From Escherichia coli (GTDB taxonomy: Bacteria > Pseudomonadota > Gammaproteobacteria > Enterobacterales > Enterobacteriaceae), in NCBI RefSeq assembly GCF_013315695.1, contig NZ_CP054353.1: DNA of 64,000 nt, one strand, 5' to 3'. Position numbers and translations under genes: made by a program. Below the pieces are notes generated by a model that saw only the letters and a list, made by a program, of their open reading frames with translations, was not told the DNA's origin and did no database searches. Positions 10,430 through 18,162 of this stretch are shown one piece after another. Position 1 is the first letter of the stretch; the number at the start of each line of letters is the position of its first letter.

Positions 10430-11900
10430 CAGAAACGCGACTTAAGAATCTACCCTATGAATGGATATGCACTCAACCGAATCGATCTTGGTTTCAATCT
10501 TTTTTATCGGGATCAGGCTTCTTTTTAGGTAACTTCGGGGGCTTAACTTGCTGATGACTTTGCGTTCGGCGCGTAAGCCAGGGATGGTCAGCTTTAGGTT
10601 TAACATAGTATTTTGAGCGTAAATCAATACGGGCATTATCCACTCGTTCATGGACACTCTTTTCATCATCCAGTGGTATAGGCTCCGGGCCATCAACATA
10701 CTTTTCCCAGCCCAGCGCTTTCCCGTCATACAGAACGTTAATTTCACCGTCAAAGTTCTCGCATACAGTAACAACCGAATGCCTAAGTCGATATCCCCGG
10801 CCCTCACTGCGTACCTGAAACGCACTGCTTTTGTACTGGAAAGTGAGATTTTTAGACAGAACGCGCTTCGCCTGTAGGCTGAAGATATAACCCAGTTCCT
10901 CTTCAGAATGGTGCACATCAAGATGAGCATTATCAGTAGTACGAGGCGACGTAGCGAACCGGTTGTTATAGGCTTCAATAAAGGTCGGCAACCATGCATT
11001 TGCTGTTTCAATATCACTGATATTCTGAAGCCGCATTTCTTTGACCAGCCTGTCCTGTAGTGTCTGATTGGCGCGCTCTACCCGCCCTTTTGCCTGCGGG
11101 CTGTTGGCATGGATTGGCTCGATGCCCAGTGTCTTTATCGCACGAGTGAACTGGGTCAGCTCACCTTCCCGCTCTGGGTTATTTACCCTGAATATACTGT
11201 GTCTATCAGAGTAGAGAGCGAGCGGTACGCCATGATCATTAAGGTAACCCCGGAGGGTTTCCATGTAAGCCCGGGTTGTTTCAGCAGGCACAAAACGCAA
11301 CGCCATCAACGCACTGGTGGCATCATCAATGAAAACGATCAGTGTACATCTGGGGCCTCGATTTTCAAACCAGTCATGAGGTGAGCCATCAATCTGGATC
11401 AGTTCACCGTAAGATGGTCGTCGCATGCGGCGTTGATATATACGGGCAATTTTACGACGGCGTTCACGCCATAACCCCTCTTCTATCATCCACTTTCTGA
11501 GAGTTTCAACGGATAAAGATAAACCGTGTATCTCGCGCAATTTTTCGCACGCAAACGTAGGTCCAAAATCAGCGTAACGGCCTTTGAGGAGTGAAATTAC
11601 TGTTGCTCTGAATTCAGTAGAAAAGGAATTATTAGGACGCTTTCCACGTCGGTGGGAAACCAGAGCAGAAGGCCCTTCATTTCTATACCGTTGCACCAGA
11701 CGTTTAACCTGCCGAATAGAAATGCCAATGCGTGCCGCAGCTTGTTCCTGAATAATCTGAAGTCGGTGGAGTTCCTTATGACTCATCGTAACAGTCTCTT
11801 TGATCATGAAAAATCCCCCAGAGAATTGTCTGGGGACATTTTAGAATGGTTCAAAGGGGACATTACAGCTTGGTGTTAACAATAGCCTGCTTCTCCGTGC
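10430..11900 (-). mobile_element. Probable insertion sequence carrying a single DDE (rve-type) transposase; boundaries approximate
   Basis: Single 437-aa transposase ORF flanked by non-coding DNA with GGGGACA-type repeats and a candidate imperfect terminal repeat (AGGCTATT... at ~10330 and ~11885); ends not resolved. Confidence 0.4.
10494..11807 (-). CDS. DDE transposase, integrase-core (rve) type with N-terminal HTH (IS481/ISNCY-like)
   Basis: 437-aa ORF with N-terminal HTH (AARIGISIRQVKRLVQRY) and core ...IDGSPHDWF...FIDDATS...YSDRHSIF...SPQAKGRVERANQTLQDRL... Confidence 0.6.
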   Translation of the reverse strand: MIKETVTMSHKELHRLQIIQEQAAARIGISIRQVKRLVQRYRNEGPSALVSHRRGKRPNNSFSTEFRATVISLLKGRYADFGPTFACEKLREIHGLSLSVETLRKWMIEEGLWRERRRKIARIYQRRMRRPSYGELIQIDGSPHDWFENRGPRCTLIVFIDDATSALMALRFVPAETTRAYMETLRGYLNDHGVPLALYSDRHSIFRVNNPEREGELTQFTRAIKTLGIEPIHANSPQAKGRVERANQTLQDRLVKEMRLQNISDIETANAWLPTFIEAYNNRFATSPRTTDNAHLDVHHSEEELGYIFSLQAKRVLSKNLTFQYKSSAFQVRSEGRGYRLRHSVVTVCENFDGEINVLYDGKALGWEKYVDGPEPIPLDDEKSVHERVDNARIDLRSKYYVKPKADHPWLTRRTQSHQQVKPPKLPKKKPDPDKKD

Positions 11901-12141
11901 CTTTCGGCACGTAAGAGGCTAACCTACATGTGTCTAGCATGAAATTGGCCTCAGATTAATGTTAAGCGTCTTGCAGGACGCGTAATGTTAACTGGGGCTT
12001 TTCTCTATCTGCCGTTGGTGTCCATGCCCGAGGCAGATAGCCTCAAGCACCCGCAGTCATTCTACTTAACTAAGATTTCCCCGCAAACCGTTTTTGTCCA
12101 GCACAGTAAATATCCAACTAAACCAATGGAGTTCGCTGTAT

Positions 12142-12321
12142 TTACCGCCAGTATTCAATGCACATGACCGCCATGAACACCCCTAAAAAAAGGGCATTTA
12201 TATATCCAAATATTAATATCAAAACATCAACTTTTTCCATATACCTTGCTGTGAAGATGATGGGCATACATGATGCGAACAACCAGAACGCAACAAACAA
12301 AAACTGCAATGCGTTTTTCAT
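12142..12321 (-). CDS. Small hydrophobic two-TM protein (59 aa), hypothetical
   Basis: ORF 12142..12360; internal start MKNALQFLFVAFWLFASCMPIIFTARYMEKVDVLILIFGYINALFLGVFMAVMCIEYWR preceded by a strong AGGAGG Shine-Dalgarno. Confidence 0.4.
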   Translation of the reverse strand: MKNALQFLFVAFWLFASCMPIIFTARYMEKVDVLILIFGYINALFLGVFMAVMCIEYWR

Positions 12322-13473
12322 TATTCCTCCTACAATCAATGTGCAATTACATTTAAACACACCTCAATTTGGCCGGACATATAAATATCTAAACCAGAAA
12401 AAATCACTTACATAGCGTTACAAACTCTTTAGTCTAAAGGTTCATCGTAAAACATTCCCCATACTTATCAGTCCGTTCCGCGCCAGGTAGCTCATTGCCT
12501 TATCTGGCAACCTGTAATCAGGTTTCCGCTTTTTCAGTTGGCTGGTCGTTTAACCGACATAGTTAATCCATTAATCTAGTTGCCGGATGTTGGTGGATTT
12601 TCGCGTTTTAGTTGTTCATAAAAGTGCACAGCTTTAACCAGTTCTTCTGATGTAACTGGGACTGGTGAGGCAGTGAATAAGGCCTGAATTTGATAGTTCG
12701 GCCTGTCGTTACAATCCTCTTTTTTCGGTACATATTTCCAGTCACCAGACCACTACTTCCCCTGAAAGTCCGTAACGCCTTTTTTTACGTAGCGATATCG
12801 CCATGCCACTGGTTTTGCTTGCCCCGCCGTTTCATGCCCTTCCTGATAATTAATCTCGCTCATTCATCGCCCCACTCATCACAATATGCTTCGACCGGAG
12901 TTTTTCCCGCTTCATAGTCATCACGCTAGGATTCGACATCAGCAGCACTTCCACCGCGTAACTCACCATAGTCCATTAATAGTTCATCCCGCTCTTCAAA
13001 ACTGATGTTATATTTAGCTGAACAAAAATCAGCCACTTTGTTCTTCCTCATCGTCTTTTATTTCGTGGTATGAGTAATTGCAGTAGTTAAAGAAAATTTC
13101 TTATGCTCCGTCATGAATTTCCTCAGGTGTTGCGTCATCGTCCACTTCGAATACATCCTCAAAATCTCCACCAGCTATTCCCGTTTCAATAATAATTTTG
13201 AACTTTCGCATTTCACTACCGCCCTTTCGGGCGGCCTCCTGATGTTCTGAGGGTGCAGAAATCCATCCGGTTAAGGATTAAATTTTATTTACAGAACTGA
13301 ATTTAATTATTCAGATATACGTATCTGTAGCCTTACGAATCTACTCACTGGATGCCTCTTTCATAAAAATAATCCAGTGGGTTTTATCGTTTTTTCCCTG
13401 TTCGTTGACAGATAACAGGTTTTCTGTCTGTCAGTGCCAGAATCTGGCTTACCGGTATTTGCGTTTCATTCCA

Positions 13474-13830
13474 TTAAAAAATCAGAACGCCGTGCGGCCT
13501 CAACACCCGAAAGGCTTCTTTAAATCTCTGTCGCGAATCATCACGCCAGGCATCTTTATTCAGCCGTCCATATTTCTTTCCCATCCAGGCGTTATCACCA
13601 ACACTCTCAAGATGCGGAGGGTCTAATACAACCATCGAAAAAGATGCGTCTGCAAATGATAATGCACGAAAATCTGCGATAATGTCAGGGCTGATAATCA
13701 AGCGTCTCCCATTGCGTAATGTGTATCCTTCTTTTCTGATATCGCTGAATATCGCCCGTTCGTCAGACTTATCGAACCAGAACATGCGGCTGCCACAGCA
13801 CATATCAAGAATGGTTGCCGGTGCACTCAC
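13474..13830 (-). CDS. DNA methyltransferase-like protein, probably C-terminally truncated
   Basis: 118-aa ORF with SAM-binding-like motif ILDMCCGS and catalytic-like motif VVLDPPH; ends abruptly after PHGVLIF. Confidence 0.4.
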   Translation of the reverse strand: MSAPATILDMCCGSRMFWFDKSDERAIFSDIRKEGYTLRNGRRLIISPDIIADFRALSFADASFSMVVLDPPHLESVGDNAWMGKKYGRLNKDAWRDDSRQRFKEAFRVLRPHGVLIF

Positions 13831-14249
13831 TGCGCCACGTCCTGAAAATTACCCTGATAGAAAGCCAGTATGCGCTGCATAACTTCGCTCTTCCGGCACT
13901 CGCGACAGATTATGTTTAGGCGACTGTCGTAGCGACGTATTTCTCCGTCAGGTGATGACCAGATAAGGTCCGGATCAACCACAGCAGGTTTCTTCACCTT
14001 TGCCCTCGAGAGTTTTTTGCGGGCGTTTTGCCAGTCCTTACGCGCCTGTTCAGAGGGGAATAACCCGTAGCCGGAGTTGTATACATCGCCACTGGCTACC
14101 AGCTCTCTGGCAAGAACGCTCATCAGATATCTAGTCGCACCTGTTTTAGCTTCCAGTTGCCGTAACGTCTCACGGCCGCTCTGGCGCACGAGTTCCACCA
14201 CCTGCCATTTAATTTTTTCCCGCTCTTCTTGTGTAAAAACTTTTGCCAC
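13827..14249 (-). CDS. Hypothetical phage early-region protein (140 aa)
   Basis: ORF between the replication-initiator-like gene and the methyltransferase-like gene, overlapping start/stop; no family recognised. Confidence 0.35.
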   Translation of the reverse strand: MAKVFTQEEREKIKWQVVELVRQSGRETLRQLEAKTGATRYLMSVLARELVASGDVYNSGYGLFPSEQARKDWQNARKKLSRAKVKKPAVVDPDLIWSSPDGEIRRYDSRLNIICRECRKSEVMQRILAFYQGNFQDVAQ

Positions 14250-14289
14250 AAGTCCCCCTTAAAATTACCTCATGACCTGAAATCAACAC

Positions 14290-15255
14290 TTATCCTCTGA
14301 AACCAGGCGGAATTTCTGTATCCGGTTCAGAAATATGATTAACACAACGCTGTACAGGTGAACGTCCCAGGCGGATGACCAGTTCGTCCCATTTTTCGCG
14401 GAGCTTTGACGGGCTCATGATGTTTTTTACCCAGAATGGATCTCGCTGAACCCGACCAAACATTTCGCAAATTTGTCTGTGGCTTCTGCCATCCAGCATC
14501 CGCATTGTGCGCACGTCATTGGCCCAGGCAGTCCAGTTAGGCTCTTTTGGTCGCATGATCTCGCCATCATCACTGGCTGCCTGTTCGTAGAGACCCACGA
14601 TCCGCCCCCAGATCCACTGCGCACACGCCAAATCCTCCCTGCTACCCCACTGGCGTTTTTTCGCACTAAACACAACCGCGTCGGAGTTCCGGGTTAAAAA
14701 ATCCTGTTCAGTCGTCTGCGGGTCCGGTTGCGAAGCTTCCGGACGAAAAGTGTTTTTATTCTCTGTAGTAATCTCTGTTGTATTCTCTGTAAGATCATCA
14801 GGCCATTTTGACCCGATGACATTGGGTCGTTTTGAACCAATGGAGCGTTTCATTTTGACCTCTTCCATCGTGTCATTTTGACCTGATGGAGCGGCGCATT
14901 TTGAACCGATGGATTCGCTCAATTTGCCACCATCTAAAAGCTCGCTCCCATAGTTGATCGTGTAGAAATTGGTCATATCGCGCTTTGATTTATTGAGCTT
15001 TTCACAACGCAAAAGCCCCAGCGTTTTCAGACTTGCAAACGCGCGCTTTAACGTTGACTCTGACCAGAATGGGAACTGTTCCAGCCATTGTTCCGTTGTG
15101 TTATAAATCCAGCGAACACCATCACATTCCATGCCGGAGTTGGTATCTCTCAACCAGTAGTGCAGTTGTTGCAAAACAATGGCTTCGTTTAAGCCAATTT
15201 TCATTGCCAGCTGCGTGTTTATAACCAGTGGGCGTTCAGCAAAAAGAAGGCTCAT
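14290..15255 (-). CDS. Phage replication initiator-like protein (lambda O-like), iterons inside the coding sequence
   Basis: ORF 14290..15309 (likely start MSLLFAERPL at 15255); the SIGSK...SIGSK...VIGSK peptide repeats are encoded by a DNA iteron array. Confidence 0.5.
   Translation of the reverse strand: MSLLFAERPLVINTQLAMKIGLNEAIVLQQLHYWLRDTNSGMECDGVRWIYNTTEQWLEQFPFWSESTLKRAFASLKTLGLLRCEKLNKSKRDMTNFYTINYGSELLDGGKLSESIGSKCAAPSGQNDTMEEVKMKRSIGSKRPNVIGSKWPDDLTENTTEITTENKNTFRPEASQPDPQTTEQDFLTRNSDAVVFSAKKRQWGSREDLACAQWIWGRIVGLYEQAASDDGEIMRPKEPNWTAWANDVRTMRMLDGRSHRQICEMFGRVQRDPFWVKNIMSPSKLREKWDELVIRLGRSPVQRCVNHISEPDTEIPPGFRG
14803..14935. repeat. Iteron array (~6 copies of CATTTTGA(A/C)C(C/T)GATGG at ~23-bp spacing); candidate prophage replication origin
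   Basis: Repeats read directly at ~14803, 14827, 14850, 14873, 14896 and 14919. Confidence 0.6.
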
Positions 15256-15757
15256 AATTCCATCCAGCTTTTTGTTGGTATTGCTGTCGATACGCAAGTT
15301 TGAAAGCAATTGCTTTTTCTATAAGTTCGTCAGTTTCACGATCCACTACGGCAGGATCAGCAAAAAGCAGTCCGGACTCCACCACATCGCCATATTCTTT
15401 GTTTAACCCGGCGATCATGCACGTGATGCTTTTTCCGTCAGTAATTTCACGATACAACCTGAAATCATTAATCCGGATAGCCTCCATAATTGCAGGCACT
15501 AGCGCCGTGAACTTTTCACGCTTATCCCTAGTGTCGATAGCCTTCCAGCGTTCAAATATCTTCACTCGATTAACGCCAAGCGCTCGCTGATCAATCGCGC
15601 CACCTTCATATGTGACACGCTGAACATCGATGTTCGGGCGCTCTTTCAAAGCCCAGAATGCTTCAGTGATTAATATCGTCGCCTGCTCCTGTGTCATTCC
15701 TGGTCGACATATCCAGGCATCCAGAGCCTCACGAGCCTGTTCAGGAGTGATTTTCAT
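15236..15757 (-). CDS. Hypothetical phage early protein downstream of the Cro-like gene (173 aa)
   Basis: ORF overlapping the dicC stop; no family recognised. Confidence 0.4.
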   Translation of the reverse strand: MKITPEQAREALDAWICRPGMTQEQATILITEAFWALKERPNIDVQRVTYEGGAIDQRALGVNRVKIFERWKAIDTRDKREKFTALVPAIMEAIRINDFRLYREITDGKSITCMIAGLNKEYGDVVESGLLFADPAVVDRETDELIEKAIAFKLAYRQQYQQKAGWNYEPSFC

Positions 15758-15971
15758 TGTTCAACCGCCCCGCCCGCTTCGTCTTACGATATTCATCATA
15801 AACTTTGGGATCATACTGAAGCTCCCCGCCAGATGCCTCCTGTAGACGCATCGCGCGACCTTCGGGAACTAAATCCCCTTTCCAGCTATAAAGCGAAGCC
15901 AAACGAATACCTGCTGCTTGTGCAAGTTTTGTTTTTGAACCGAAATACAAAAGAGCGTCAGTTTTAAGCAT
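15741..15971 (-). CDS. dicC: DicC, Cro-like regulator of dicB
   Basis: 76-aa ORF MLKTDALLYFGSKTKLAQAAGIRLASLYSWKGD... (HTH), divergent from dicA. Confidence 0.8.
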   Translation of the reverse strand: MLKTDALLYFGSKTKLAQAAGIRLASLYSWKGDLVPEGRAMRLQEASGGELQYDPKVYDEYRKTKRAGRLNNENHS

Positions 15972-15988
15972 TTAAAACACCTTTATTG

Positions 15989-16052
15989 TTAGTCATAACT
16001 AACAAGATAGATGTTAACAAAAACATAGTCAATACGATTTAGCATTAGCTAA
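15989..16052. promoter_or_regulatory. dicA-dicC intergenic operator region with palindromes TTAGTCATAACTAA and TTAGCATTAGCTAA
   Basis: Inverted repeats read at 15989-16002 and 16039-16052 between divergent HTH regulator genes. Confidence 0.55.
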
Positions 16053-16054
16053 CT

Positions 16055-16462
16055 ATGGAAACAAAAAATTTAACTATCGGCGAACGCATCAGGTATCGTC
16101 GGAAAAACCTCAAACACACCCAAAGGTCTCTTGCTAAAGCCCTGAAAATCTCCCATGTGTCTGTATCACAATGGGAACGGGGTGATAGTGAACCTACAGG
16201 GAAGAACCTTTTTGCCCTCAGCAAAGTATTGCAATGCTCACCAACATGGATTCTATTTGGCGATGAAGACAAGCAACCAACACCACCTGTTGAGAAGCCA
16301 GTTGCCTTATCCCCCAAAGAACTAGAGCTCCTTGAGCTGTTTAATGCACTGCCAGAATCAGAACAGGATACCCAGCTCGCCGAAATGCGAGCTCGAGTAA
16401 AAAACTTCAATAAACTCTTTGAAGAATTACTAAAAGCCCGTCAGCGGACAAATAAAAGATAA
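16055..16462 (+). CDS. dicA: DicA, HTH repressor of the dicB operon
   Basis: 135-aa ORF METKNLTIGERIRYRRKNLKHTQRSLAKALKISHVSVSQWERG... (Xre-type HTH). Confidence 0.9.
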   Translation: METKNLTIGERIRYRRKNLKHTQRSLAKALKISHVSVSQWERGDSEPTGKNLFALSKVLQCSPTWILFGDEDKQPTPPVEKPVALSPKELELLELFNALPESEQDTQLAEMRARVKNFNKLFEELLKARQRTNKR

Positions 16463-16534
16463 CATCATCAATGAGTTATCTTTTACCACATCAATTATGT
16501 TAGCTATAGCATACAAAATCACTTGACCGATATG

Positions 16535-16548
16535 TTAGTCATGGCTAA
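16535..16548. promoter_or_regulatory. Third copy of the DicA-operator-like palindrome (TTAGTCATGGCTAA) upstream of ydfA/dicB operon
   Basis: Same palindrome family as in the dicA-dicC intergenic region. Confidence 0.5.
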
Positions 16549-16628
16549 TCTTGTTTGCATCAACACACCGCACGGTGTTCTCAGCAAACAGTTCCGCTAC
16601 CCCAGCGTTAAGGGGAAATGAGGTCAGC

Positions 16629-16784
16629 ATGGATACTATCGATCTTGGCAACAACGAATCTCTGGTGTACGGCGTGTTTCCAAACCAGGACGGCACGTTC
16701 ACCGCAATGACGTATACCAAAAGCAAAACGTTTAAAACCGAAAATGGTGCCCGTCGCTGGCTGGAAAGAAACTCAGGTGAGTGA
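16629..16784 (+). CDS. ydfA: YdfA (51 aa)
   Basis: Internal start MDTIDLGNNESLVYGVFPNQDGTFTAMTYTKSK... within ORF 16551..16784. Confidence 0.7.
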   Translation: MDTIDLGNNESLVYGVFPNQDGTFTAMTYTKSKTFKTENGARRWLERNSGE

Positions 16785-16785
16785 T

Positions 16786-16914
16786 ATGGATTTCGACACA
16801 ATCATGGAAAAGGCTTACGAAGAATACTTCGAAGGCCTTGCCGAAGGCGAAGAAGCTCTCAGCTTCAGTGAGTTTAAACAGGCGCTTTCCAGTTCGGCAA
16901 AATCTAACGGCTGA
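16786..16914 (+). CDS. ydfB: YdfB (42 aa)
   Basis: Manual translation MDFDTIMEKAYEEYFEGLAEGEEALSFSEFKQALSSSAKSNG-stop. Confidence 0.65.
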   Translation: MDFDTIMEKAYEEYFEGLAEGEEALSFSEFKQALSSSAKSNG

Positions 16915-16943
16915 TAAGCGAAACAGCACCGCGAGGAATCAGT

Positions 16944-17162
16944 ATGCAGAAACGAGAACCCGTCATCATCGCGCCAGACTATACCGATGATGAACTTTAT
17001 GAGTGGATGCGCCAGAAAATTAATGCAGCGCAGGATCTGAAATGGGCTAATGAAGCCAGGGCTAAGCAGGCTGAAAATCTGTTCTCTCTGGAGCAGGATA
17101 TCACCAGGCTGGAAAAAGCAGCGGCATTAAGCATTGCCAGAATGATTACATACCCGCGTTAA
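16944..17162 (+). CDS. ydfC: YdfC (72 aa)
   Basis: ORF MQKREPVIIAPDYTDDELYEWMRQKINAAQDLKWANEARAK... Confidence 0.75.
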   Translation: MQKREPVIIAPDYTDDELYEWMRQKINAAQDLKWANEARAKQAENLFSLEQDITRLEKAAALSIARMITYPR

Positions 17163-17502
17163 TAGCTAACCAACGAAGCTAAGGTTGGTAATTAAGGAGT
17201 TCTCCACGGGTGAGGTGGAGTGCGTGCGCCGGACACGGGTGAGCATCCGGCACTGACAGTTTACTGAAAGGATATTTCCATGAAAAGTCAGACCATAACG
17301 CGAAAGCGCACGGCGAGGTAGCTGGTTCATAGATAGCCTGTCGTTAAATTTTCGTCGACCGTGCGCTTCCGGTTGTGGCAACCCGCGAAATGGCGCGGCG
17401 GTAAGTATGGCGGGGTTATTCCTTCCCCGTTGAGGACACCGGGTTGTCAGGTTGACCATACGCTTAAGTGACAACCCCGCTGCAACGCCCTCTGTTATCA
17501 AT

Positions 17503-17557
17503 TTTCTGGTGACGTTTGGCGGTATCAGTTTTACTCCGTGACTGCTCTGCCGCCCTT
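17503..17557 (+). ncRNA. dicF: DicF small regulatory RNA (anti-ftsZ)
   Basis: Sequence TTTCTGGTGACGTTTGGCGGTATCAGTTTTACTCCGTGACTGCTCTGCCGCCC followed by TTTTT matches DicF as I remember it; directly upstream of dicB. Confidence 0.8.
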
Positions 17558-17729
17558 TTTAAAGTGAATTTTGTGATGTGGTGAATGCGGCTGAGCGCAC
17601 GCGGAACAGTTAAAACCAAAAACAGTGTTATGGGTGGATTCTCTGTATCCGGCGTTAATTGTTAACTGGTTAACGTCACCTGGAGGCACCAGGCACTGCA
17701 TCACAAAATTCATTGTTGAGGACGCGATA

Positions 17730-17918
17730 ATGAAAACGTTATTACCAAACGTTAATACGTCTGAAGGTTGTTTTGAAATTGGTGTCACTATCAGTAACCC
17801 AGTATTTACTGAAGATGCCATTAACAAGAGAAAACAAGAACGGGAGCTATTAAATAAAATATGCATTGTTTCAATGCTGGCTCGTTTACGTCTGATGCCA
17901 AAAGGATGTGCACAATGA
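17730..17918 (+). CDS. dicB: DicB cell-division inhibitor (62 aa)
   Basis: Internal start MKTLLPNVNTSEGCFEIGVTISNPVFTEDAINKRKQERELLNKICIVSMLARLRLMPKGCAQ in ORF 17625..17918. Confidence 0.85.
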   Translation: MKTLLPNVNTSEGCFEIGVTISNPVFTEDAINKRKQERELLNKICIVSMLARLRLMPKGCAQ

Positions 17919-18106
17919 ATTCAGCATTTGTGCTTGTTCTGACAGTTTTTCTTGTTTCCGGAGAGCCAGTTGATATTGCAGTCAGTGTTCACAGGACAAT
18001 GCAGGAGTGTATGACTGCAGCAACCGAACAGAAAATTCCCGGTAACTGTTACCCGGTCGATAAAGTTATTCACCAGGATAATATCGAAATCCCGGCAGGT
18101 CTTTAA
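17915..18106 (+). CDS. ydfD: YdfD (63 aa)
   Basis: Internal start MNSAFVLVLTVFLVSGEPVDIAVSVHRTMQECMTAA... in ORF 17861..18106; start overlaps the dicB stop. Confidence 0.75.
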   Translation: MNSAFVLVLTVFLVSGEPVDIAVSVHRTMQECMTAATEQKIPGNCYPVDKVIHQDNIEIPAGL

Positions 18107-18162
18107 AACAGTTCCGTAATAAATATCCGGTTTCATTCTTATATGCCAACAATGGCAGGGAT

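Noticed and set aside
10442-11017. 191-aa ORF overlapping the 3-prime part of the 437-aa transposase gene in another frame
   Set aside because: Fully nested in the transposase coding region on the same strand with no independent start signals; the transposase frame carries the recognisable domains.
12470-12550. Possible tRNA-like sequence (GGTAGCTCATTG...)
   Set aside because: Does not fold into a cloverleaf on inspection: no acceptor-stem pairing and no T-loop GTTC motif.
13474-13830. Restriction-modification or other defence system around the methyltransferase-like gene
   Set aside because: The methyltransferase-like ORF is short and apparently truncated, and no nuclease, ATPase or other defence-associated partner gene is adjacent.
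17166-17501. 111-aa minus-strand ORF between ydfC and dicF
   Set aside because: Arg/Pro-rich low-complexity translation with no ribosome-binding site; the segment looks like structured RNA rather than coding sequence (reported as a finding instead).
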